A DNA stretch of 64,000 nt from Macrostomum lignano (lineage: Eukaryota), in NCBI GenBank assembly GCA_002269645.1, contig NIVC01002632.1:1-64000 (forward strand), given 5' to 3'. The translations under genes and the position numbers were made by a program. The notes under the pieces were generated by a model. It worked only from the letters and a program-made list of their open reading frames with translations, was not told where the DNA came from and made no database searches. Positions within the stretch are counted from its first letter, which is position 1; every line of letters starts with the position of its first letter. Of the stretch, positions 40,283 to 51,300 are shown piece by piece.

Positions 40283-42559
40283 CTCTTACTTTTTTCTTAG
40301 TCTTATCTCTTTTTTCCTTTTATCTCCTATACCTGGCTTTACCTAGAGAATACAAAATCTCAAATTTTGCCAATCCTGGGATCTCAATAAAAGGTTTCTA
40401 ATCTTTGTTGGTACAATTTTGGCTTACAAAGCTATCTAACCTGATTTTAAATGGCATTTAATAATAAAGTAGAAAAGAATAAAAGATTTTGCAAACAAGA
40501 AACTGACAATAAGCTCTGAATTGGAGTGTGATATACAGGCTGATATCTTAGACATGCTTTTTTATATGCCAATATTAGCTCAGGAAAATCACACTTAATT
40601 GTATTATAACCTAGGGAATGATAGCTTAGAGCTATGGCCCAAGGTACTGATAACAGGGTAGAAGTGGATCAGACTTAGACTTCACCTTCCCAGGGGCATC
40701 TATCCTAGATAGAAAATTGGTAGCTTAGGTTGTGGTCTAGTAACAAGGTCCTACTGTTCTAATCCCAACTATGGCCAAGGAGTTTTGAAGGTATCTATAA
40801 GCACTAGAAGTGAAAAAGAAAACAATGGTCTCTTCTCTTCTCAACTAGTTCTATCTAGCCAGACCAGCTTTACACTGAAGGACAGATGGCAAAGCTGAGG
40901 TTTGAAGGCCAAGCCAGCAGCCTACAAATGTGTGACACAGTAGATTTGCAGCAATGCTTTGGCAGTGATATGGTTGCCTAATAACTGGATAGAGAAAATT
41001 GCTTTGAGCAATAACCCTGCCCTGCTCAAACTATGCATTGCTTTTCATTTTATCAATTAAACCAGTTTGCTTGCTTGACCATAATATACATTGTCTTAAA
41101 TAATTTGCGAGACAGAGATTTAGAGATGTGAGCCTCACACTCATAATAGGACCCTTAGAAGCTAGTGTATTAAAGTTTTTCTGACTTGTGAGTAGATAGC
41201 AGGAATAAAAACTGTTATAGCATTGATTTCCTAAAGTACATAATCTCTCTAACACATTTTCTAACACCCTGTCTACTACCCATTCCAACTTCTGTCATCA
41301 TCTTTATATTGCATGCTAGGCATCTAAAGGGTCTCTTGACAATGCTAAAAATGAGGTCTTTTGCATAGAGCCTAACCAGGATAGGAAAAATCTGATTGGG
41401 CAGAATCAGGCTGGATTGAATTCATAAAAGTTGGGACTTGGGATTGGCTGGGATTGGGATCAATATTTACCATTGGTATCCAGGCTTATTTAGGTATATG
41501 ATGGCTAATTAAGGGTCCATTTACTATTATAATATATAGGCACATGTAATTATTAGTAGTCAAGTGATATTACTATACTAGCCTAACTTGTAGTTTAGTA
41601 TAAGTTAATACTACTAGATCATAGAGCCTAGACAAACTCAGGTTTTGGTCAAGTCAAGTATTTGACTGAACTTTGGGAGTTCATGCTGAGTATTCAAGTC
41701 AAGTTTTGTTGAGCAGTCGAGTAGAAAAAAATTCAGTAGTTAATGAATTTCAAACCTCCACCTATTTGACTATTGTTATATTTTTGCACTTAACTTTATA
41801 ATTTTCATTTTGTTAGTATTTCCAATAATTAAAGATCATCAAATAGCACTTTTAGCAAAAAATTGGGCTTTTCAATTACTTTTGGTTTGAGTAAGTTGAT
41901 TGAATCATTTAAGTTAAGATATTCTAGGAAATCAAAATAACCTTGAAGACTTGAACTAAATAAATGAATCAATTTGGCATATGTAATATGTAGTGATCCA
42001 CTAGTTTGGTGTTAGGTGTTGCACTATTGTCAGCAGCTTCCTTTGCCCTTGCCTTCGCCCTGGGTTGCTGTCTGCCGCTAGGTAGCCTCCCTCCCCTTTT
42101 GCTGCCTGTTCTCTGGCATCCCTTCTCTTCTCTACACTCTTTCTTGCTTGTAGCCACCAGCTTCTCTGTTGTGACCTGCTCTGTGGTTTGTTCCTATCCT
42201 GAGGTCACACTGGTAGTCTGTTCCCTTGTCATATGAGCAAGTCACATGACAAGTCTTGTTTTCTCAAAGTCCTAAAGTGCAGTAAATATGTTTATTGCAC
42301 TTGTTGGCCCATGTTTACAGGAGGAATCACATGCTTCGGGGCCCTTGCCTTCTCTAAGGTAACATGTGGCTCATGTTTCTAAAAATAGATACTGAGTCAT
42401 GTGGCCCTATGTACTTTACCCGCGCAGACCTTGCCTTCTCTAAGGAGAAGGGTGACATCAGTTCTAAAAATAGAACTGAGTCACAAGGTCCAGCTCACAC
42501 TGGCACAACAGGGATTTCTTGCCTATAAATATGTGCTCCTCTCCCTTGGTTCAGTCAAG

Positions 42560-42822
42560 GGGCCTTTTCATATTACCAATTCTAGAACCAGAATCGGTTT
42601 GGAGTTCCAAGAAAAACAGCAGTATATATTAAACTCTATTAATATTTGACTGCCTTAACAGCCTCACTTTGCACAATTTTTGACTTTCTTCTTGGCGATT
42701 GTCATTCAATAATAAAAACTTTATAGCACATATCTTCCTCTAGTTATGTAGAAAAAAAGGTATACTTTACAAATTGGTTCTGGTTCTAGAACCAGACCAG
42801 AACAAGCAATATGAAAAGGCCC
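42560..42822. mobile_element. Possible MITE with 15-bp TIRs (GGGCCTTTTCATATT / AATATGAAAAGGCCC), PIF/Harbinger-like ends
   Basis: Perfect 15-bp inverted repeat and subterminal TTCTAGAACCAGA motifs; no convincing TSD. Confidence 0.4.
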
Positions 42823-45008
42823 AAAGATTCATATTCTTTTTTGTATTCTTTTTTGTCTTTTTAGTCTTTCTTCTTGTTGTTTTTCTTTAGTCTAGTTTTT
42901 AGACTTTGTTCAGTTGCCCATTTAAGCTATCTGTAATTGGCCTGACTAAACTTAGATGCTCAAACCTAAGGGAGGCTAGAACTGCCCTCCTAGCCACCCC
43001 CTGAGCCTGACCTGATCTGCTGACCAGGACGCCTTGTTCATTAATCTGCAAATCTGCACGCTATGCTGAGTTTGTTGACTTGTTTATTTTGTTCCAATAA
43101 GAGGCTCACCTCACCAAAGACCAAGACCTAAAGGAACTGGTGGCAGCATTACCTATACTACTAAGAGCCAAGAAGGCTTCCAACAGAAGAGGCTCAAGAC
43201 TTAAGGTGAACTTAGATGCCTAAACCAGGAAGCTAATGACGTCTACTTCATTGGTGGCAATGGTAGGATTCAGACTTACTAGAAAGACTTACCCCAAGAT
43301 AACCCTAAGTACTTCATATACTTGCCTTATTTAGTCCTTTCAAAATTGCTTCTAAATGATTTTTAGGGTATACTTAAAATACAAAAAACTTTTTATAAAT
43401 TATAATCCTCCCCAACTTTTCCCAACTCTTAACTTACTCCCGACATGATCAGAAATCTGAAAAAACAACTGGGTCCCGACCAAGTCAGGATTGGGATCAG
43501 AATCCTAGACAGCTCTACTTTTGCATAAGGGGCTTCTAATCTGTGCAAGGTCAAGACCCCTTGATTTTAGCTAGGTTTGAAATGAAGGAGAGTTTCAATA
43601 AACAATCATTTGACTCCTATTTGGCTAGCACCATTGCTACAATTGGAAACAATGAGAGATTGGCTTCTATTGCTTTAGTAGGCTTTCTGCATATATAGAT
43701 TTTAGGATAATAATTATATTATTCTGCATGTAACTTAATTAGACAGCTGCATATATATTTTTACATTTAAAATCTCTTTACAATCTGCCAATAGCTTCAG
43801 CTTTGTATCACTGCAATCCTAGCCTTTTTACTAAAGCCTATAGGCCCTTAAATATATAAGGGTTGTTTGGAAAGTCTGCGACCAAACATGCATATCTTTT
43901 TTTGAGTCACTACTTTGTCTTGAAACTTTATAACATAGACAAATATCATACCCTGAATATTTTAAATCAATAGTGGTCTTGTTTGAGCCAGGAATTTCCT
44001 TTTTGCAGTGTTTTTAGTCACACACAAATTCTATCACTATGCTGAATAATGAAGAAGCAAAGCAAAGTGTCATTTGGTTTTTGTGGAAACAAGGAAAGCA
44101 ACAGGCAGAAATTCTTTGCGAGTTGCAAGCAACGTATGGTGAATATGCACCATCAAAAACAATGGTCAACAAGTGGGTGCAACGTTTTGAAGACGGCTGG
44201 GAGACAGTCGATGACCTTCCATGGAGTGGCCGGCAGTGTTGCTACAGGCATTTGAAAAAAAATAGACGCAGCCGATAAAAAAAACGCAGGCAGTACTAAA
44301 AACTATAATGAAGCTCAGAACTACTCTATTGTACATTCATGCCTCTGCCCTGCCTACGTGGGTGTGCTCTGTGTTTTTGCATATGTACACGGCACCGTGT
44401 AAAGCAACAATTTTCTTAACAAATCCGAAGCCTGCTGTCCTTAATTTTTAGATGCGAACTGCTAGTACATTACATGTTAGATGCCAGTCAGTAGCTAATA
44501 CAAGTATTAAGAAGCTGTTCTCGAGTTGCACAACTGCAGGCTGTACCCTTGTCTGTTGAGCAAATAATGATGAACGACATCAAGGAGTTGAGGAACAAAT
44601 TTACATTGCACTATTAGTAGAATACAGAGAAATGATCTAGGCCCTGAAACATCCTAGCACTGTGCCCTGGACATACAACTATACTGTATAAATGCACACA
44701 AGTGACTAGCAGCCCTAGGATGATTAACAACAAGATACATTAGCAACGAAACATGTTCTTATATCTAATGCATAATAGAAAATCACGACGATGCTGAGCA
44801 ATACGATAGTAAAAAGGCTGAGAGTACATCAGTACATTTTATTCCAAAATCAACACGGCTACCAGCCAACCAGCAGATGTCATAAATGGTCTCATGCAAA
44901 AATTTATGTATTTCCTCTTTAATCAGCAGCGGCCAGCGAGTGCACAAAAATTGGCCGATGGATATTGGCTAACAGACAAACTAGGATATGCAACTTATCC
45001 TGCACTTA

Positions 45009-45369
45009 TTGGGTTGTCCAGAAAGTTCTGTCCGATTTTTTCACATGGTCTAACTTCCTTATACTAAAACTTACTTATCTATTATCCATTGTTGTTCATA
45101 TTTGCCTATTAGCAATACATGATACTCACCTTTCTACCACCACCTGCATCTAACTGAAAGTTGCTTCTTTCCAGCAAAGAATGGCACATGATAATGAGCA
45201 CCTTTTGCACTGCTTGCTCTATCTATCTATTCCGCGCCATTGACCGGCATCTGCAAGGCAAGAGCTTCAACAACGAACTGGCCCTCATCTCGGAGATCGG
45301 CAACTTTTTCGACTCGACGAACATTTGTATAAAAAAATGGACAGAACTTTCTAGACATTGGACAACCTA
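45009..45369 (+). mobile_element. Internally deleted mariner-like element nested inside the hAT
   Basis: TA-flanked inverted ends GGTTGTCCA..GAAAGTTCTGTCC; remnant YLFRAIDRHLQGKSF resembles a mariner C-terminus. Confidence 0.7.
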
Positions 45370-45936
45370 TACATATAAGAGCGACAGTGAGTACGTATAC
45401 GTGCAATATGTGTATCTCGATCGATGGCCGATGCAAACATACATGGAAACAGCACGACAACAACAATGCAACAACTTGAAGAATAAATGTAAAAATTCAT
45501 GTCATCTGTTACTCTTTCAGTTCTCACTGTCTCTACCCTCTCAGTCACTCAAAGAGCAAGATTGCGAGCATAGCTGTTCGTAATAAAATGCATGTAAAAT
45601 AAAACTGATGCCTAGATCATGCCTGGATGCATCTTTGTTGCAAACCCTGTATCCCCATATGCAGTGTTTGGCAAAGTTCATTTTTGGAAAAGTTCAATTC
45701 ATTTTTACAATGATATTGAAAGAATAGCAGAATGAGATCATTTTTAACTGTTTGGCAGTAGAATGAGGTAAATAAATGGTTGTTACTCGAGCATGACTGA
45801 CCAAGTAGGAAATGCCCTTGCATAAAGTTCAAAAGTTTGTTGTACGAAAGTTCCTTTTTCGTGAACTTGCCCAACACTGCCTATCTATTTATGTCTATGT
45901 AAGCCCAAAAATCATTGTTACCAAAAGTTACCGGCG

Positions 45937-48327
45937 TCACTTTTTGAAATAACTGGCGATGGTAGACTTGGTTGCCTTCTCCTCCAACTTTCTCTTTTTC
46001 TCTTTGAGGCCCTCAGTCTCCTTCTCCAGTGTCTTGCGCTCAATCGCTAGGGCAGCTACCTGTCGCTGATATTCGTCAAGCATTGCGGCAGCTCTGTCCG
46101 CTTGCGCATCTACCTCCAGTCTCCTCTTCCGTATGCTCTCCTCCTTTGCCTGCAACTGTGCAGAGTGTGTTGCCTTCTTAATTTCCTGTGCAATTTCTAC
46201 TGCCAATTCTCTCTCCTTTGCCAACTTCTTCTGCTTCTCCTCATTCTCCTCCCGCTGCCGCTCCAGGTGCTGCTTCCAGCTGTGCCGAGCATGAAAGCCT
46301 GCGTTGATGTACGCGTCATTGAAGTGAAACATTTCACAAGTCAAACCGGTCGACTTCAGGAAACCTCGGGTAAGCAGACAGCCATCTATGGTGCGGATGT
46401 CCAGATTGCTTCTTTTCTTTGAAAAAAGGTCTGTAAGATCGGCAAACACACGCTCCACTGCCGCATTGCCATGCGGGATGGAAAGAGCGGCAAGCACCAA
46501 TTTGCGCAGTGCAGGGTATTCGTACACACTACCTTCCTCCGCAGTACCAACACCACTCAGTGTAGCATTTACGACTGGAAGCCAGAAATCAAGTACCTCA
46601 ACGTCCTGCAGCTTATCACAGTCTTTCGAACACAGTGCCAATGAAAGTCGCCGAAAGTCAGTGTCAATGGTCGAAATGTCTTGCTCCGAGAAATGCATTT
46701 CTTTAGCCAATCCAACCGGGTACGAGCTGTCAACCAACGAAACCTTCGATGGGTCAAGAAATTGTGCGCACCTCAAAGCAGCATTTGCCAGTGGGAGATG
46801 GGATTGGAGGTATTGTGTCAGCTCGTTGTAGAACTGTCTCGCGCGCACGATACAGACCTTCTTGACATCAGCACTCTCACGAGTCGAAAGAAAGTTGCGC
46901 GCCTTCTCGCCAATGAAGACTTGATTGTCTGGTAAGCATGCTTCAAATGGGAACTTCATTCTAGATAAATGCTTGGCATTAGAAGCCACGTGCTCCTTTG
47001 TTAAGAAGCAGGCCAGTAGTTCCTTGAACAACATACGGAGCTCAATGTACATCAAATGGATCTTGACGTTGTTACCTTGGAATGCTTTCTCAAACTTGTC
47101 CAACATTGGCAGCACAGCCTGGAGGAAAAGAAGATCGAATTCAACTTCATCATCAGCTAGGAGTGACTGGATAGACTGGACCGATTCTTTTTTCAAATCA
47201 TTGGGATTTTCCAGGCGCAGCCTCTTTAGAAAAAACTCACGGAGTCCTTCCAACTGCTCAACAAGCCTGTTAACCACCGGCAAAAGCTGTATCCACCTAG
47301 TTTCAACACGTCGCAAAAACCTGTGCGACTGCAATTCAAGCATGTCTTGCACATGCTCGTACCTAGTCCAGCGAGATGTGTACAGAAAGTACGAGTGAAC
47401 AAGATCAGCCAGGTTTTCGGCTTTTTTCCCGAGCTTGTCACATGCAGCCCGCGCGGCATTCGAAACATGGTGGAGTGAGCACGTGGCCATTTTGAGTAGA
47501 TGGGGTGCATGTTTGTCCATGAGGGTGTGGAACCCACCATGCCGCCCTGTCATCACCGATGGGCCATCAGACATAACACAGACGCACGATTTGAACCGAA
47601 GGCCTAATTCGTTGCAGGTGTTCGCGACGGCAGCTTCCAGAGTTGCGGCTCGCCCATCAGGAATGCTCACAGTCTTGAGAGGCAGTATGAGAAGTTTCTT
47701 CTTCGTGATGGAAATGAATGACACTACAATACTTAAAAACTTCTGCGAGCCCATCGCCTGGTTAGATTCGTCTATGGCTAGGCTAAAATAGCCGCTTCCA
47801 GAGTTAATGTCTTGTATAATTTCATTCCGAATGGTTGGAGCGATTGCCTCTGTTACCAAGTAGGTGGTCTTCTGCCGCTGGCATTTGAATTTTTGGGCAA
47901 TTTGGCTGTCCGGAAACATGGTCTTGTATATTCCGTGGTCAGCAGAGGCGAATGACCGATGGTGCTCCACAATATTCAGAGCGTGCCTCAGCTCGGCCTT
48001 CATGACTTTGGCATCTAAAGTGCTTGGCTTTTCAGTTGTGGTATCGCCATTTGTGCCATCAGCACTAGGATTGGAGGTTGACGACCTCTGGGGCTTGAAA
48101 TAAAAATTGATGGACGTCGCCGAGCTTTCCTTTTGGAGCTTGAGCATATAGCGATCAGAATGCTTCTTGCTCTTCGCATGATTTTCTACCGCTCCAAAGC
48201 CAGCTGAGCCGATTTGGAAATCTTTGGCACAAATTGAGCAGTAGGCCCGACAAGCGTCTTTTGGGTCAGGCTGGAGCCAGAGGCTGCACTGCTGGTTATG
48301 GGCCGTTCGGTTGCACCAGGAGTCCAA
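45937..48327 (-). CDS. hAT transposase (BED-like zinc finger, DDE core, dimerisation region, C-terminal coiled coil); 5' start uncertain (the track uses a TTG)
   Basis: YCSIC..HAKSKKH, SLAIDES, MSDG, CSLHH, VETRW and SIPHGNAAVERVF motifs in a 796-codon frame with no stops. Confidence 0.88.
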   Translation of the reverse strand: MDSWCNRTAHNQQCSLWLQPDPKDACRAYCSICAKDFQIGSAGFGAVENHAKSKKHSDRYMLKLQKESSATSINFYFKPQRSSTSNPSADGTNGDTTTEKPSTLDAKVMKAELRHALNIVEHHRSFASADHGIYKTMFPDSQIAQKFKCQRQKTTYLVTEAIAPTIRNEIIQDINSGSGYFSLAIDESNQAMGSQKFLSIVVSFISITKKKLLILPLKTVSIPDGRAATLEAAVANTCNELGLRFKSCVCVMSDGPSVMTGRHGGFHTLMDKHAPHLLKMATCSLHHVSNAARAACDKLGKKAENLADLVHSYFLYTSRWTRYEHVQDMLELQSHRFLRRVETRWIQLLPVVNRLVEQLEGLREFFLKRLRLENPNDLKKESVQSIQSLLADDEVEFDLLFLQAVLPMLDKFEKAFQGNNVKIHLMYIELRMLFKELLACFLTKEHVASNAKHLSRMKFPFEACLPDNQVFIGEKARNFLSTRESADVKKVCIVRARQFYNELTQYLQSHLPLANAALRCAQFLDPSKVSLVDSSYPVGLAKEMHFSEQDISTIDTDFRRLSLALCSKDCDKLQDVEVLDFWLPVVNATLSGVGTAEEGSVYEYPALRKLVLAALSIPHGNAAVERVFADLTDLFSKKRSNLDIRTIDGCLLTRGFLKSTGLTCEMFHFNDAYINAGFHARHSWKQHLERQREENEEKQKKLAKERELAVEIAQEIKKATHSAQLQAKEESIRKRRLEVDAQADRAAAMLDEYQRQVAALAIERKTLEKETEGLKEKKRKLEEKATKSTIASYFKK

Positions 48328-51300
48328 ACTTTGTGGCTCGAACTTTCGATAGCGACATGAATGATGAAGGGCAGTTGAAGCTCGCTGAAATGGACATATT
48401 ACAATTGTTGCGTTACCAAATTAATTTAATTGAGCTTATGAAGTTGGCTGCTAAAATGGTCTTCGAGGTTGTGAATATTCGAGCCTATGAAGTTTCGGAT
48501 TTATGAAAGGATGTGCTTTTCGAGGTTGTGAAATTTCGAGCTTGTGAAGCGACCCCAAATGCAGGAAGTAGTTTTCTTTGTATTTTTCAAACAATGGATT
48601 TTAAGATAAACAAAGCTGATGCAACAAACATAAAACGTGGGATTTTAGATAATACAACAGCAAAAAGGACCACTTAAGTCACCAACAAAACAGCTAGCAA
48701 GTAAAAACGCAGAATGAAAAAAAACGCAGAAAAAAATGCACAAACGCAGATTTTTCAAAGAAAAAACGCAGCTGCGTTAAAAACGCAGCCTGTAGCAACA
48801 CTGGTGGCCGGCCTGCCACCATGGTTAACAGGTCAAACATCGAGCTTGTGTGTTGTGCTCTGGATGTTGACCGCCGAGCTACAGTGCGAGAGTTGTCAAC
48901 CATTACTGGCATCTCATCAATGGCCATTCATTCAATCCTGACAGTTGAGCTTGGTATGTCATGCATTATTGCTTGTTGGGTCCCAAAACTTCTGATTGAC
49001 CAGCAGCAGCGAGAGCAGGTCCAGGTGTGTTGGCAGCTCCTCCAGTCATATTGCAGTGATCCCAACTTTTTGGACCGGATTGTGACTGGGGATGAATCCT
49101 GGTTTCATTATAGTGAGCCAGAGTCCAAGATGCAGAGCAGTGTATGGAAGGCCAGCCATAAGCCCACACCTGTCAAGGCCCTGACTGCACCTTCAGCTGG
49201 CAAGCAAATGGCCACCATCTTCTGGGACAATGAGGGTATTCTGCTCATCGAATGGCTACCTTGTGGTGCCACAATAAACAGTGAGTACTACATCCAAGTC
49301 CTGCAGAAGTTGCGTGAAGCCATCAAGGCCTAGCAGCGTGGCAAGCTAAGCCGTCGCATCCTGATTCAGCACGACAATGCCAGGCCACATACCAGCCAGG
49401 CAACAATGGCTGCCATTTCGGACCTGGGCTTCGAGGTGCTGCCACACCTGCCTTACTTGCTGGACCTTGCACCTAGTGACTTCTGGCTGTTTGGAAAGAT
49501 GAAAAAACCTTCCGAGGTTGCTAGTACAGCTCTCTACAGACCCTGGCATTGGCCATCAGCCAGTGGGTCAGGGGGTCACTTGCCAATTTCTATGCTGCTG
49601 GCATCGAGAAATTGCCTGAGAGGTGGCACAAGTGCATAAGCCTCAAGGGTGCCTACGTTGAGAAGCAAGAAGAGTAGCACTACATTTGTTCAATCTGTTA
49701 AACTGTTAGACACATTTGATTGCGGACTTTCTGAACAACCTTTGTATGTTAAAAAGATTAATAAATCAAAATAGGCTAACTAAGTTTATAATTTTTATTT
49801 GTCAAGTGGCTTAGCGTATTTTAGCTATTGATTTTATTACTTGAATAAATGATTGAATTATTGCAAACTAGGATCAGGATCCAGATAATCAAGGGATTTT
49901 TAATCTAGGATAAGTGGGATCCTAGCATTTAGAATCATAGGATTTAGGCATTTATTGAAAGATCCTAGGATTATACTCCTAGCCCCACACTCAGGAAGGT
50001 GTATATTATAGCAGAAAATTCTGGCGCACATCAACAAAAATGTGCGCAAAGTAGAAGTTTTTAGCACACAGTAGCGCATAGCAAAAGTAGATAAAAAATT
50101 TAGCTTATAATGAGTCACCTAATTTGCATATGCAATACATGAAATATGCTTTTAGATTGTTTTTTAAGCATATTAATTAAAAATTTGTTTCTTGGTAAGT
50201 GAAACAAATAATCAAAATTCAAAATAGGATTTTACTCTAAAGTTTAAGCTAATTCTATGTGAGCTAAAATAAAGCACAAAGTTTTGAGTTAAAAAAAGCC
50301 TATGGAAACTTTGGAAAGTACAAAAATTTATCTGTTTTTTTATTTAATTGTTTTAATCGGACTTTTACCAAGTTTTTTTGTTATTGCACATTAGTGCTCT
50401 AGCTAGGCCCTATGTATTTGTCAATAAACAAATGAAGGCCTCGGCGCACAAGTTCATATTTTAGCTTTGCGCACAGCACACACTCCAAAAATACACTGAG
50501 ATATATTCTCGCACACACGTGACACCTTCCTGACTGTGGTCCCAGCCTAGCCTTACCTCTCCTTTTCCTCTTTTATTTTTTCTTTCTTTCTTATTCTTCA
50601 TTTTTTCTTAATTTGGTCTATATAGCTATCTATCTATACTTATACTTTATAGTCATACTTGATTTTCTATCCTATCCTATAGGCCCTACCTATAACATAA
50701 GTATAACCTATGCCTTGTTTGTTGTGCTAACCTTCATAGCCATAGCCCCCTAAAAGTAAAAGATAAATAGGCCTAGGCCTAGCTACTATAAAACTTATAG
50801 AGCTAGTGGCATAAAATATATAGGCCGGCGCACCATATAGTCAGATAGGCCTAACTAACAAAATGAATCTTTAACCACCATAGGGTGGGGCCTACATTAC
50901 ATACTAATGACATGCACAAGAAAGATTAAGTTTGTGTACAACATAAAGAAGAAATCATGTCATGTGAGAATGGATAATAGGCCCTGCATGGCCTAAAGCT
51001 TAGCCTACTAAGCCACTAAGGAAACAAAAAACAGCAACAACGAGGTTGCCAACTACTATTGGCATTGGCGATTGGCTACACTAGGCCTACACTACACTAC
51101 TTTCACTTTCACTTTCACTTCAGTCAGACTCAGGTCAAGGACGAGTATTATAAAATAATATTCTGATAGTAGTAAACCCTATTCCTGGCAATTTTTCAAT
51201 TGTCAATGTAGTAACGTGTGTCTTTATACGTTGACGTACGTACAACAACAAATATGACCCGCCAGCCAGCGCTGCTGCGGATTACTGATCAACTTAACTT

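Larger units (their letters stand above)
44234..48803 (-). mobile_element. hAT DNA transposon, 4570 bp, inserted in the mariner
   Basis: Perfect 15-bp TIRs CAGTGTTGCTACAGG / CCTGTAGCAACACTG; perfect 8-bp TSD GTGGCCGG (44226-44233 and 48804-48811); internal transposase ORF. Confidence 0.93.
43857..49744 (+). mobile_element. Decayed mariner (DD34D-type) transposon, ~1.31 kb once the inserted hAT is removed
   Basis: TA-flanked TIRs TAAGGGTTGTTTGGAAAGTCTGCG / TGCGGACTTTCTGAACAACCTTTG. Transposase reads DLPWSGR|PATMVNR across the insertion; WVP, IVTGDESW, QHDNARPH and PYLLDLAPSDFWLF motifs; internal stop and frameshift. Confidence 0.9.

Noticed and set aside
40560-42250. Decayed coding remnants (ORFs 41031-41288, 41969-42157, 42006-42236)
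   Set aside because: Short, interrupted by stops, and no motif I can assign; may be old transposon residue.
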